Source of the DNA: Promethearchaeota archaeon
Lineage (GTDB): Archaea > Asgardarchaeota > Lokiarchaeia > Sigyniarchaeales > SOKP01
Length of the DNA stretch: 64,000 nt
Assembly (NCBI GenBank): GCA_011364925.1
Contig: RDOA01000003.1
Coordinates: forward strand, 80,068 to 144,067
Direction: 5' to 3'
Shown: positions 1 to 9,450 of the stretch, piece by piece
Numbering within the stretch: the first letter of the stretch is position 1
Layout: each line of letters begins with the position of its first letter
The notes under the pieces: generated by a model
Databases searched by the model: none
The model's input: only the letters and a program-made list of their open reading frames with translations
What the model was told of the DNA's origin: nothing
Made by a program: the position numbers and the translations under genes

Positions 1-860
1 TCGCTTTCTACAATCTCATGTACCCAATAATCAAGCATTCTCTTCTCTATTTTGTAAAATCTCGAAAAATCCTCAAAAGATAAGTAATCAGGATAAAAAT
101 CGGGATGATTTATTGAAATAAAGAGCAAAATTTTGTAAAAATCCTCCTCATCTTTTAAGATTGAGTTAACTTTTAAATAATCTAATTTTAAAACCTTATT
201 GAGAAATCTAAATTTTACACGATCGTCAATAATATTGAACTTATCGAAGAAATGCGACGCTTTTACAGTGATTTCGTCTATTCGCTTTCTTTCTTCTTCT
301 AAAATTGTTTGTCTGTCTAAATTATAATTTTGTAGAATCCTCGAATATTCTATTTTCCCTAATTGAGTAATGATATATCTTTTGTTTTCTCTGACGATAA
401 ATCCCTTTTGAATTAATAAACTTAGAGTTTTTGATAAAGAGGACTGATTTATAGAGAAAGGTTTTTCAAGAAAATCAGACCTTTTACAAAACCCATTATT
501 GTACACCATCCAAATAATCCAGTGGGCATAATTTCGCCCTCTCTTCAAAATGACATCAGGGGGGAAACTTAGTTTTCGTTCCCTGGTTCTTTCTCTTGAT
601 AATTCTTGAAATTTTTGTTCCCCTTCTGGAGTTATCTGGTATTGTCCTCTAGAAAGTTTCTCTACGAAGCCTTTGAGGATTAATTTTGTTAAATGACGGG
701 AAATTGTAGATATGGGAATTTCAAGCGGTTTTTGTTCGAAATAGGACCATTCACAACTTTCATTATTCTTTAACATCCAAAGAATAATATGGTCATAGTT
801 TGGCCTTTTCAGTTTAGAGGAATTAAGAATCTCATCGGAAGGATAATTTATTTTGCTCAT
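1..860 (-). CDS. Partial (3'-truncated by window edge) tandem winged-helix domain protein, Lokiarchaeal type
   Basis: Not in ORF track. ATG at 860-858 reads MSKINYPSDEILNSSKLKRPNYDHIILWMLKNNESCEWSYFEQKPLEIPISTISRHLTKLILKGFVEKLSRGQYQITPEG..., followed by a second similar wHTH repeat (WIIWMVYNNGFC...SLSKTLSLLIQKGFIV...YIITQLG). Confidence 0.8.
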   Translation of the reverse strand, partial: MSKINYPSDEILNSSKLKRPNYDHIILWMLKNNESCEWSYFEQKPLEIPISTISRHLTKLILKGFVEKLSRGQYQITPEGEQKFQELSRERTRERKLSFPPDVILKRGRNYAHWIIWMVYNNGFCKRSDFLEKPFSINQSSLSKTLSLLIQKGFIVRENKRYIITQLGKIEYSRILQNYNLDRQTILEEERKRIDEITVKASHFFDKFNIIDDRVKFRFLNKVLKLDYLKVNSILKDEEDFYKILLFISINHPDFYPDYLSFEDFSRFYKIEKRMLDYWVHEIVES

Positions 861-914
861 GATAGTTGAAAACTTAGTCTTATGATTAATTATGAATATT
901 TATATTTATATCTA

Positions 915-965
915 TTTTTCGAAACTTCCACTTTTTTTCGGAATTTCCGTGGAATTATCGGAAGC
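915..965. promoter_or_regulatory. Candidate operator: array of GGAA/TTCC half-sites in a divergent promoter
   Basis: GAAACTTC (921-928), perfect inverted repeat CGGAA-T-TTCCG (939-949), TTCC-GT-GGAA (945-954) and CGGAA (959-963) in an otherwise very AT-rich spacer. Confidence 0.4.
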
Positions 966-1048
966 TTAATTATATATGCAAATTTATCTCAAGATTTAAT
1001 TAATCATCGTAAAGATGATAAAATCTAATATAACTGAAAAAAAAAGAG

Positions 1049-1597
1049 TTGATTAAAATTAATAGAACAAAATTAGTACCAAAATTAATACTAGTACTCT
1101 TAGTATTTACCACTATAACTGGCTTTGCATTTACTTTTGTTGTAGCTAAAGGAGATCAAAGGGCAAGTAGATTATCTTTTACAGCTACAGAAACTATGAT
1201 ATGGCCAGATGGTTGGGTTCCTATAGGTGATCCATGGGGTGATGGTAAGTTCATACATCAGATGTACTATAAAAAAGCAATTCTTGATGGCACAATTGAG
1301 GAAATAGGGGACTTTTCAGGGTATGATGAATTATATTTGCATGTTAAAATGGACCCAAATACCTTTGAGGTTATAAGCATTGGTAAAGTAACGATGTATA
1401 TCTTTTGCGATAACGGACTAGAAGGAACTTTTTATGGATCTGTTATTGCGAAGGGTACAGCTGGCTTTGGTCCTTTCGACGGTAAATATACGTTGCAAGG
1501 AGCTGGAGGATTTGAAGGAATGAAGCTTTTTGGTATAGTCTGGCTTGAAAGTGGTCTAGTAAACGGACTTTCTGGTACAATCTTAATCCCAAATTAA
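1049..1597 (+). CDS. Secreted hypothetical beta-rich protein
   Basis: N-terminal basic + hydrophobic signal; Gly-rich beta-strand body. Confidence 0.7.
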   Translation: MIKINRTKLVPKLILVLLVFTTITGFAFTFVVAKGDQRASRLSFTATETMIWPDGWVPIGDPWGDGKFIHQMYYKKAILDGTIEEIGDFSGYDELYLHVKMDPNTFEVISIGKVTMYIFCDNGLEGTFYGSVIAKGTAGFGPFDGKYTLQGAGGFEGMKLFGIVWLESGLVNGLSGTILIPN

Positions 1598-1621
1598 AAT
1601 CAAGAATAAAGGTGAATTCAA

Positions 1622-2710
1622 ATGCAAAAATCAATGCAAAGAAAACTATTGTTGATGTTTCTCCTTGGTTCAATATTTTTCGTAATTCCTATTGCGAGCT
1701 CTAATGGAACTACATTCACTCCAAAGAAGGTTGCAGAACAATCTCTGTCCGGTGCTACAACTCACGTTTATTTGGATGGAGATTACGCATTCATGGGAGT
1801 TGGAACATCCGGTCTGGCCATCGTTGATATTTCCCACCCGAAAAATCCAGGAACCCCGGTCTATAGAGACACCTCCGGCAGGGCGTATAACCTTTGGGTA
1901 GAGGGAGGCTACGCCTATGTGGCAGATTTTGATAAGGGTTTAGCTGTCATTGATGTTTCCGACCCAACAAACCCAGGACCTGCTACGCACGTACTAACAA
2001 CCCAAGCTTGTGGTGATGTATGTGTTAGTGGAAATTACGCTTATGTGGACGGTGGTGGCTTAGCGGTTATCGACATTTCTGACCCAGTGCATCCGAACCT
2101 GGTCGTAACCAAACCTTTAACTGGAATTCCGTATGGTCTTTGCGTGAGTGGAGAATACGCATACATAGCAACTGCTGATACTGGTTTGGCGATCGTCAAT
2201 ATTTCCGATCCGACCAATCCAGGAACTCCCATTTACGAAGATACGACCGGAACTGCGTGGGATGTGTGTGTAAGTGGCGGTTACGCCTATGTAACAACCG
2301 GTAGTACCGGTTTAGCGATTATCGATGTTTCCGACCCGACAAATCCGGGAACGCCTGTTTATAGAGACACGACAGGAACTGCATATTTTATTTTTCTAAA
2401 CGGAAGTTACGCCTATATAGCGGCTGATACTGGAGGCGTGGCGATCATTGATGTATCCGACCCGACAAATCCGGGAACGCCGACCTATATAGATGTGGAA
2501 GGTCAAGCAATTGATGTGTATGTCAGGGGAGACTATGCTTATGTGGCGGATGAACATTACGGCTTGAAAGTCTACGATCTTTTCTATACTACTCCAGAAC
2601 CTGGTATTCCATTCGATAATTTCTACTTATTATTTATTGGGTTTAGCGTACTATGCTTAGTATTCATCGTTTCAAAAAAACGCAAAATTACTAGTGAATC
2701 TCAAAAATAA
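1622..2710 (+). CDS. LVIVD-repeat beta-propeller surface protein with C-terminal IP(F/G)-TM-basic (Loki-CTERM-like) anchor
   Basis: About 7 repeats of G.YAYVA...GLA(I/V)IDVSDPTNPGTP; signal peptide; tail PGIPFDNFYLLFIGFSVLCLVFIVSKKRK. Confidence 0.9.
   Translation: MQKSMQRKLLLMFLLGSIFFVIPIASSNGTTFTPKKVAEQSLSGATTHVYLDGDYAFMGVGTSGLAIVDISHPKNPGTPVYRDTSGRAYNLWVEGGYAYVADFDKGLAVIDVSDPTNPGPATHVLTTQACGDVCVSGNYAYVDGGGLAVIDISDPVHPNLVVTKPLTGIPYGLCVSGEYAYIATADTGLAIVNISDPTNPGTPIYEDTTGTAWDVCVSGGYAYVTTGSTGLAIIDVSDPTNPGTPVYRDTTGTAYFIFLNGSYAYIAADTGGVAIIDVSDPTNPGTPTYIDVEGQAIDVYVRGDYAYVADEHYGLKVYDLFYTTPEPGIPFDNFYLLFIGFSVLCLVFIVSKKRKITSESQK
2330..2481 (+). repeat. Identical 26-bp intragenic repeat, 126-bp (42-aa) period
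   Basis: tccgacccgacaaatccgggaacgcc at 2330-2355 and 2456-2481. Confidence 0.85.
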
Positions 2711-2732
2711 ATCAAAAATCTAATAATTAATG

Positions 2733-2765
2733 TTAACACCTAATTGGTGTTAAACAAATTTTTTT
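2733..2765 (+). terminator. Hairpin plus T-run after the LVIVD gene
   Basis: TTAACACC-TAATT-GGTGTTAA (2733-2753), followed by a T-run at 2759-2765. Confidence 0.55.
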
Positions 2766-3026
2766 CTTATCTTTTACTGGATTTATAATGCATTTTATCA
2801 TTTATTTTCAGATTTTATTAATCTTAGAATTCATTTACTAATTCAAGTGATATATATGATTTTTAACGAAGTGAATAAATTGAACTTTATAGGGAAGATA
2901 CATTAAGGTTATCTCTCTTTTCAAATCAAAAATCAATTACATTTAAAATTATAACAAACATAATATTTTAATTAAATATTATACAATAATGTATCTTTTT
3001 CAATCCAATAATTTAGGGACAGGGTC

Positions 3027-5102
3027 TTGTCTCATTCAAAACCTCAAGAATTGGTTCAGGTAAAACGACTCATTGATCTCGTAAGATTTGATGAAGCTAA
3101 CCAATTAATTAAAGAGTTTGAGGAAAAACAAGGTCATGCTCTGTATGATGAAGTACTATGTAATCTTTTCATGTGTGACATATTATATTACCAAGGATTA
3201 TATGATGAGGTTATCAAGCTTGCGGAACAAACCTATAAAGAGAGTTTAAAATTAGGAAAAAACCTACTGTCAGTTGATGCCTTACTAAGAATGGCAGGTG
3301 CGTTATCTGGGCATCGTCAATGGGAAAAATTCTGCGATAGGATTAAGCAAGGAGAAGAGCTGTTAAAGTCATTGACACATGAATTACCAGAAGAATACAA
3401 ACGAAGAAAGGCTTATTTAGCTCAACTGAAAGGAGATTATTACGAAGTAAAAAATAAGTTAGATAAGTCAATACAGCAGTTTGAAATCAGTATATCATTG
3501 TACGAAGAACTTGGCAATAAAATAGAGATTGTTTGGCCTATTTTAGGAATTGCCACCGTGTTTTATTGGCATAAAGGCGATTTTGACGGTGCTTTAAAAT
3601 ATTTGGAGCGAGGGCTAGCAATCGCTAAGGAAAGCGGAAATATAAGGTGTATCGGGGCTTGTCTTAACCAGATGGCATATGTTCATTTTCTTAAAGGTGA
3701 GTTTGATCGCAGTATTATGCTTTTTGAGAAGAGCTTGACAATCTTCGAAGAAACTAACCTTGACCTCTGGAGAGCAAGAATTTTTTGTCTTCTAGGGGAA
3801 TGTTATGCAATGAAAGGGGAAATTAATCGTAGCATTAGATTTTTCGAACAAAGTTTAGAACTTTGGAAAAAAATAAAACATAAACCCATGATGGCTGATA
3901 TCTTGAATAATGTATCTGAGTGTTATAGAATGAAAGGAGAATTTGAACATGCGTTAGAGTGTATAGAACAATCAATGGAGTTAAATCATGAGTTGGGAAA
4001 CTTGGAAAGATTAGCTAATAATCACCTCTATTTTATTAAGATTTTAATTGATAGGGGTGAACTTACACGAGCATGGAGCTCTCTTCGTGATTTGGAGCAA
4101 TTGAACAATCAATTAAAAGACAAAAAAATAAATTATTATTATCTATTTGTTAAAGCTTTACTATTGAAAACAAGTATGCGAGCCCGTAATAGAGTAAAAG
4201 CTGAAGAAATTTTCAATCAACTCCTCGAAGAGGAGTTATATATGGATTTAGATTATGAATTGAATATGGGATCTCTTTTAAATTTATGCGAATTACTCCT
4301 TATTGAATTGCGCCTGATTAACGATGAAGAAATACTAGACGAAATTAATCCTCTACTTGTTCAACTATTGAACAGCGCTGAAAAGTCAAATTCATACTGG
4401 ATACTTGGTGAAACCTATCTGCTGAGAGCAAAACTCTCACTTTTAACCTTTGATGTTAAGAAGGCACAACTATTTTTAACCCAAGCTCAGAAGATCGCAG
4501 AATCGCACGGGATTAAACGACTAGCAATGCAAATTTCATATGAACACGATGAATTGCTTAAAAAAGCAAAAGTTTGGGAGAATTTAAAAGAGACAGAAGC
4601 ACCATTATCAAAACGTTGGGAATTAGCTGGGTTAAACGAACAAATAGAGAAAATGGTTTGGAAACGAATAGTAGAATCTCCTGAAATCTCTGAAGAAGAC
4701 CCCGTTATGATATTAATCTTAACTGAGGGTGGTAATCTTTTGTTCTCACAAAAATTTGTATCGGATTTTTCTTTTGAAGAAGATCTTCTGGGGAGCTTTT
4801 TAACTACGACACATTACTTTATTAATGCCGCCTTTTCTGAGGGCCTTGATAGAGCTGTTTTTGGTCAATATACTCTTCTTATGACGCCCCTTCAACCGTT
4901 TTTAATATGTTACATCTTTAAAGGGCACTCCTATTCTGCTCAATTTAAAATTACAAGTTTTATAGATTCTATACAAAAGGATAGAGATGTTTGGCAAACC
5001 TTACAAAAATTCTTCCAATTGAGCAGATCTGTTCACATAAACGATGTACCGATGCTAGATTCATTGATATCAAATATCTTTACTAAGAAAGTTTCTCAGT
5101 AG
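3027..5102 (+). CDS. TPR-repeat protein with C-terminal longin-like domain
   Basis: Multiple TPRs (KGEFDRSIMLFEKSL, KGEINRSIRFFEQSL); C-terminal PVMILILTEGGNLLFSQKF...LLGSFLT...LICYIFKG longin-type pattern. Confidence 0.85.
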   Translation: MSHSKPQELVQVKRLIDLVRFDEANQLIKEFEEKQGHALYDEVLCNLFMCDILYYQGLYDEVIKLAEQTYKESLKLGKNLLSVDALLRMAGALSGHRQWEKFCDRIKQGEELLKSLTHELPEEYKRRKAYLAQLKGDYYEVKNKLDKSIQQFEISISLYEELGNKIEIVWPILGIATVFYWHKGDFDGALKYLERGLAIAKESGNIRCIGACLNQMAYVHFLKGEFDRSIMLFEKSLTIFEETNLDLWRARIFCLLGECYAMKGEINRSIRFFEQSLELWKKIKHKPMMADILNNVSECYRMKGEFEHALECIEQSMELNHELGNLERLANNHLYFIKILIDRGELTRAWSSLRDLEQLNNQLKDKKINYYYLFVKALLLKTSMRARNRVKAEEIFNQLLEEELYMDLDYELNMGSLLNLCELLLIELRLINDEEILDEINPLLVQLLNSAEKSNSYWILGETYLLRAKLSLLTFDVKKAQLFLTQAQKIAESHGIKRLAMQISYEHDELLKKAKVWENLKETEAPLSKRWELAGLNEQIEKMVWKRIVESPEISEEDPVMILILTEGGNLLFSQKFVSDFSFEEDLLGSFLTTTHYFINAAFSEGLDRAVFGQYTLLMTPLQPFLICYIFKGHSYSAQFKITSFIDSIQKDRDVWQTLQKFFQLSRSVHINDVPMLDSLISNIFTKKVSQ

Positions 5103-5202
5103 CATTATCTTTTTCTGTTAGTTTAATTTGCCAAAATTTTATATTAAACTAAAACCAATCTAACATTAAATACTTATAATTTGATTTAGATATAGAAATC
5201 TA

Positions 5203-5757
5203 ATGAAACCCTTTGAGGAATTTCGATTTAAAATTGTAATCTTAGGAGATGGTGCAGTAGGTAAAACATCCCTAATTCAGAAATTCACTAAAGGGGTATT
5301 TGAAAAAGAATATGTAAAAACAATCGGAGCTCAGTTTTCAAAATACAACAAAAAGATTGATGGAGATATAATTAGATTAATATTTTGGGATATAGCAGGT
5401 CAGATAGATTTCAATTTTCTAAATCACTTATTTTATAAAGAAGCTAAAGCAGCAATTATAGTATTTAGTCTCGAAACTAATGATTTGGGTCAAAAAAGTT
5501 TCATCCATATAACAAACTGGTATAAGGAATTAGAAAAGTATTGCGGTACTATTCCTGTTGTTACATTTGCGAATAAAGTTGATTTGGTGGATAAAAATAG
5601 ATTAAATGAGTCTAAAATCCAAAAATTAGCCAAGGAAAATAACTTCCTTGGATATTATATCACCTCTGCAAAAACAGGAGAGGGCGTAATAGAAGCTTTT
5701 AATGCTATTATTGATAAATTATATTTTAAATATAAAAAATTATCATCAATTGATTGA
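5203..5757 (+). CDS. Rab-like small GTPase (Ras superfamily)
   Basis: G1 GDGAVGKTS, G2 TIG, G3 WDIAGQ, G4 NKVD, G5 TSAKTG. Confidence 0.95.
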   Translation: MKPFEEFRFKIVILGDGAVGKTSLIQKFTKGVFEKEYVKTIGAQFSKYNKKIDGDIIRLIFWDIAGQIDFNFLNHLFYKEAKAAIIVFSLETNDLGQKSFIHITNWYKELEKYCGTIPVVTFANKVDLVDKNRLNESKIQKLAKENNFLGYYITSAKTGEGVIEAFNAIIDKLYFKYKKLSSID

Positions 5758-5920
5758 TTTACAATTAATTCTCAAAGAATCTTAACTATGGGAATCTAAA
5801 AATAAAGCGAAGTAGAAATTAATTACATTTAATTTTATAAATTGTATATAATTTTAATAAATAAGTTTAATCTGACTTACAAAGATCAAGTCAAATTTAA
5901 CTCTTTTATGGTTGAATTAA

Positions 5921-7378
5921 ATGAGTGATTTAATATGCGTATTTGATATTGGCACCACAGGTGCTAGAACAATTGTTTTTGATGTTTATGGTAAAGAAAT
6001 TGCAAGAAGTTACGAAGAATATCCAACTATTAAACAGCCCGTAGGTGTTTCAGAGCAAGATCCTGAAGTATGGTGGAACAGTGTAAAAAATACTTGTAAC
6101 CGAGTGATGAATAAAGTAAATGTCAACGATATTAGAGCAATAAGCGCCGGTATATTGCGTGTAAATTGTACCATATTAGACAGAGATAGAAAACCATTAT
6201 ATCCAATGATAATTGCAATGGATGAGAGGGGAGTAGATTTTGATAAAGAAGATGGATTAAGGTTATCATTACCCAAAATCTTATGGATAAAGCAAGAAAG
6301 ACCTGATTTATATGAAAAAATCTACAAAATTACTTTTCCAGATACTTATATTTATATGAAACTATGTGAAAACGATCTCCTAATCACAGAACCAACAAAT
6401 GGAATTTATGGTATAATGGATATCAAAACTCAAAAATGGGACCAAGAATTAGCCAGTAAGTACGATTTACCAATAGATTTATGGCCTGAAATCCGTACTC
6501 CTGGAGAAATACTAGGAGATATTTCCGCTAAAACTGCGAAAGAGCTTGGATTGAAAACCAATATTCCCGTTATCTTAGGTGGAGGAGATCAACAATGTTC
6601 TGCTCTCGGAATGGGTGTAATAAATAAAGGTCAAGCTAAAATAACTATGGGAACGTATACTTTTGCTAATTTGGTTACTGGAGATGAGCCAGCTGTCCCT
6701 CCAGGAGGAGACATTCCAATCTTCTCATTTCCCCATGTTATTAAAGGGAAATATATGCTAGAAGGAGCAATGCCAGGAACTGGAATAGCCTTAAAATGGT
6801 TTAAGGATAACTTTTCACGTCTTCTTATTAGGAAATCTGAGGAGAGTAATCTAAATATTTACGATCTTCTGAGCCAGGAAGCCAAGGAAGTAAAACCAGG
6901 AAGCGAGGGTTTATTATTTATCCCATTACAGATGTTCAGGAAAGGAACAATCTATGGTATGGGGTGGAATCATACTCGAGCTCACATGGTTCGATCAATA
7001 ATGGAAGCATCTGCTTTAAGCGCTCAAATGTATTTAGGGCTAATCGAAGCAGTAAATCGCTCTAAAAGCACAGAAGTGGTAGCTGATGGTGGAGGAATGA
7101 ACAGCGATGTTTGGGCTCAAATACTTGCTGATGTGACAAATAGAAAGATAATTATTCCTGAAAATAAAGACTGTTCTGCATTAGGTGCTGCTATTTTAGG
7201 ATTTTGGGGCAATGGGATTTATAGTAATATTGAAGATGCCATACAAAATATGGTCAGATTCGAGAAAGAATTTAATCCTATTCAAGAAAATGTCAAGGTC
7301 TATAAGAAATTAAATAGATTATTCATGCCTACAGTTTTAGATCTCTACAACAAAAATCGTATCACTAAAAATCTCTAA
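5921..7378 (+). CDS. FGGY-family carbohydrate kinase (xylulokinase-like)
   Basis: FDIGTTGAR, EQDPEVWW, GGGDQQCSALG, DGGG...WAQILADV, SALGAAILG. Confidence 0.9.
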   Translation: MSDLICVFDIGTTGARTIVFDVYGKEIARSYEEYPTIKQPVGVSEQDPEVWWNSVKNTCNRVMNKVNVNDIRAISAGILRVNCTILDRDRKPLYPMIIAMDERGVDFDKEDGLRLSLPKILWIKQERPDLYEKIYKITFPDTYIYMKLCENDLLITEPTNGIYGIMDIKTQKWDQELASKYDLPIDLWPEIRTPGEILGDISAKTAKELGLKTNIPVILGGGDQQCSALGMGVINKGQAKITMGTYTFANLVTGDEPAVPPGGDIPIFSFPHVIKGKYMLEGAMPGTGIALKWFKDNFSRLLIRKSEESNLNIYDLLSQEAKEVKPGSEGLLFIPLQMFRKGTIYGMGWNHTRAHMVRSIMEASALSAQMYLGLIEAVNRSKSTEVVADGGGMNSDVWAQILADVTNRKIIIPENKDCSALGAAILGFWGNGIYSNIEDAIQNMVRFEKEFNPIQENVKVYKKLNRLFMPTVLDLYNKNRITKNL

Positions 7379-7525
7379 ATACCCTAGAGAAAAAAAAGCA
7401 ATTTAGCTTTAATTTTTTTTAATCCTTTTACTATTCTATCATACCATAAGTATAAAGGCAATAGCATCTTCAATTTTTAATGGTCATCTGTATTAATGAC
7501 AAAAAAGTAAAAATGGTAGTAGATA

Positions 7526-8047
7526 ATGGAACAAAAAATGGAACAAGATATTTTTTTAAAATTTGATGAAGCTATTCAGAAACTGGAAAAGAATTTACCA
7601 AATGAAATGCCTAGTGGGTGTGCAGAAGCAACTATGAAAAACATTTTGAACATATTAGGAATGGAAGAAACATTGATAGATAATATTATGATCCCCTTAT
7701 CTGGGGGATTTGGTGGCTACAAGTCAGAAGAGGGGAGGTTTGGACCATGTGGGGCTGTAGTTGGAGGCTGTGGAGCTGTTGGGTTAATCTTAGCTGGAAA
7801 AGAAAAAATGGATCAAAGTAAAGTGCTTCCTGCTTATTTAAAATCAGCACAATTTGCTAAAGAATTCGAGAAGGAATTCGGTTCAATAGTTTGTCCAAAT
7901 CTATCTGGATATGATTTCAGTGATCCTAATAATATTATGAAATACATGGAAGAGGGAGTCTGGGGGAAAAAATGCTATAAATATGTGTTGTGGGCAATTG
8001 ATAACATAAGAAAACTCATGAGAAAAGAACTGAAAAAGAATTGGTAA
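7526..8047 (+). CDS. C-GCAxxG-C-C family redox protein
   Basis: GCAE, GFGG, GPCGAVVGG, FGSIVCP and terminal C motifs. Confidence 0.85.
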   Translation: MEQKMEQDIFLKFDEAIQKLEKNLPNEMPSGCAEATMKNILNILGMEETLIDNIMIPLSGGFGGYKSEEGRFGPCGAVVGGCGAVGLILAGKEKMDQSKVLPAYLKSAQFAKEFEKEFGSIVCPNLSGYDFSDPNNIMKYMEEGVWGKKCYKYVLWAIDNIRKLMRKELKKNW

Positions 8048-8283
8048 ATTGCTATTTTCATTTTAAATCATCTATTTTTTTTAATTTTATCTATGAATAA
8101 TCACTTTAATGGTTAAAAGAAATCAACAAACGAGATCGTTTAAACGAAACTTTGATCAACTAATTTTTTTGAATACATGAAAATAAATACATAAATTCTT
8201 ATATTTAACTAATAATTCAATCTAATCAAAACAAATGTTTTTAATAATTCTTTGATGATAAAAACTTTAGATCTGAAAATTCT

Positions 8284-8562
8284 ATGGGAAATGAATCTAA
8301 ACCAGAATTAGTTAAAAGAATTAAATCCGAATATCATAAAAATCTGAAAGATTTAGAAGCAAACTTAGCGGAACAGCATAAAGAGTTAAGTCAAATTGAA
8401 CAAAAATTGCAGCACGAATCAAAAAAGAGGTATACTTCAACTACTTCCATGCTTTCTAAACTTAAAGCTGAAAAACTCGATGTAAATTCTAAGATTAGGA
8501 GCTTAAAAAAAGAGATCAAACGCCTAAGAGCGGATTATCTCAAAAAGATAAAAAAAATATAA
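8284..8562 (+). CDS. Small coiled-coil hypothetical protein
   Basis: 92 aa, heptad-rich, basic. Confidence 0.6.
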   Translation: MGNESKPELVKRIKSEYHKNLKDLEANLAEQHKELSQIEQKLQHESKKRYTSTTSMLSKLKAEKLDVNSKIRSLKKEIKRLRADYLKKIKKI

Positions 8563-8640
8563 TAAATTGATATTCCCTCTTTTCTTATAATTAGGAAAAA
8601 ACATAAATATTGATCACATAATTAGGTCTATTGAATAACC

Positions 8641-8793
8641 GTGAAAAAGAACAATAACTCAATCCATATCACAAAAGCAGACGTAGAAAGAGCATTTAAA
8701 AAAGCAGAACAATTCAAACGCTTGCTTAAGCAAGGAAGAACTAAGGAGCATATATTTAAAGAAATGCTGAGGTTGATTGAAGGTGGAGAGTAA
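8641..8793 (+). CDS. Small helical protein (50 aa), possible antitoxin/partner of downstream nucleotidyltransferase
   Basis: Not in ORF track. GTG...TAA: MKKNNNSIHITKADVERAFKKAEQFKRLLKQGRTKEHIFKEMLRLIEGGE; overlaps start of the next gene. Confidence 0.55.
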   Translation: MKKNNNSIHITKADVERAFKKAEQFKRLLKQGRTKEHIFKEMLRLIEGGE

Positions 8794-9376
8794 TTTAACT
8801 CAAACTATTTTTGGCATCACAACCCACCTCAAAATTCCAGCGATTATTCTTGGCGGTTTAGCTCTTCCAGCATATAATGTGTTCAGAACAACTTTGGATG
8901 TTGATATATGCGTTTTTATAAAAACTCAAGAGAGATTAGATGAATTAATTAACGCTTTAAAGAAAAAAAATATAATAACTCTACAACAACCTAAAATCCA
9001 TCACGATTTGTTTACTGTTTTCAAAGATAATTCTGAGGCTGAAATATGGTTAAAACCATGTGATGCGTTTTCATGGGATCAACAGATGGTTGAAAAAATT
9101 CAGCATTATACTGATGATGTCTTTGTCTTAGCTATAGAAGATTATATCTTAACAAAGTTAGCAAGAAGCGATCGCAGCTCGATTGATATTGACGACATCC
9201 TCCAGATCTTAATCAATAATCATAATGAGATTGACTGGAAATATCTACACTTTAGAATAGAATGGGTAAATTTCGTGCAAGACTTTAAAGAAATTTTACG
9301 AGCTTTTGAAATTGGTATAGATAAAAAGTTCCAAAAAATTGCTAAAGAAATCATTGAAAAATTTAATGAAAAGTAA
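8777..9376 (+). CDS. Pol-beta-superfamily nucleotidyltransferase (DUF6036/AbiEii-like); start may be GTG 8783
   Basis: IILGGLAL...RTTLDVDI motif; EDYILTKL...R..DIDDI C-terminal motif. Confidence 0.85.
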   Translation: MKVESNLTQTIFGITTHLKIPAIILGGLALPAYNVFRTTLDVDICVFIKTQERLDELINALKKKNIITLQQPKIHHDLFTVFKDNSEAEIWLKPCDAFSWDQQMVEKIQHYTDDVFVLAIEDYILTKLARSDRSSIDIDDILQILINNHNEIDWKYLHFRIEWVNFVQDFKEILRAFEIGIDKKFQKIAKEIIEKFNEK

Positions 9377-9450
9377 AAATGGGCTATCCCCTGTAAGAGG
9401 AAACTGATTAAACCAGCTAAGTCATTAAATAGTTTTTTCGTCGTTTTAAT

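Noticed and set aside
9378-9430. SECIS-like AUGA...AA...GA on the minus strand
   Set aside because: The helix between AUGA and GA does not pair as a SECIS requires, and the upstream gene has no in-frame TGA.
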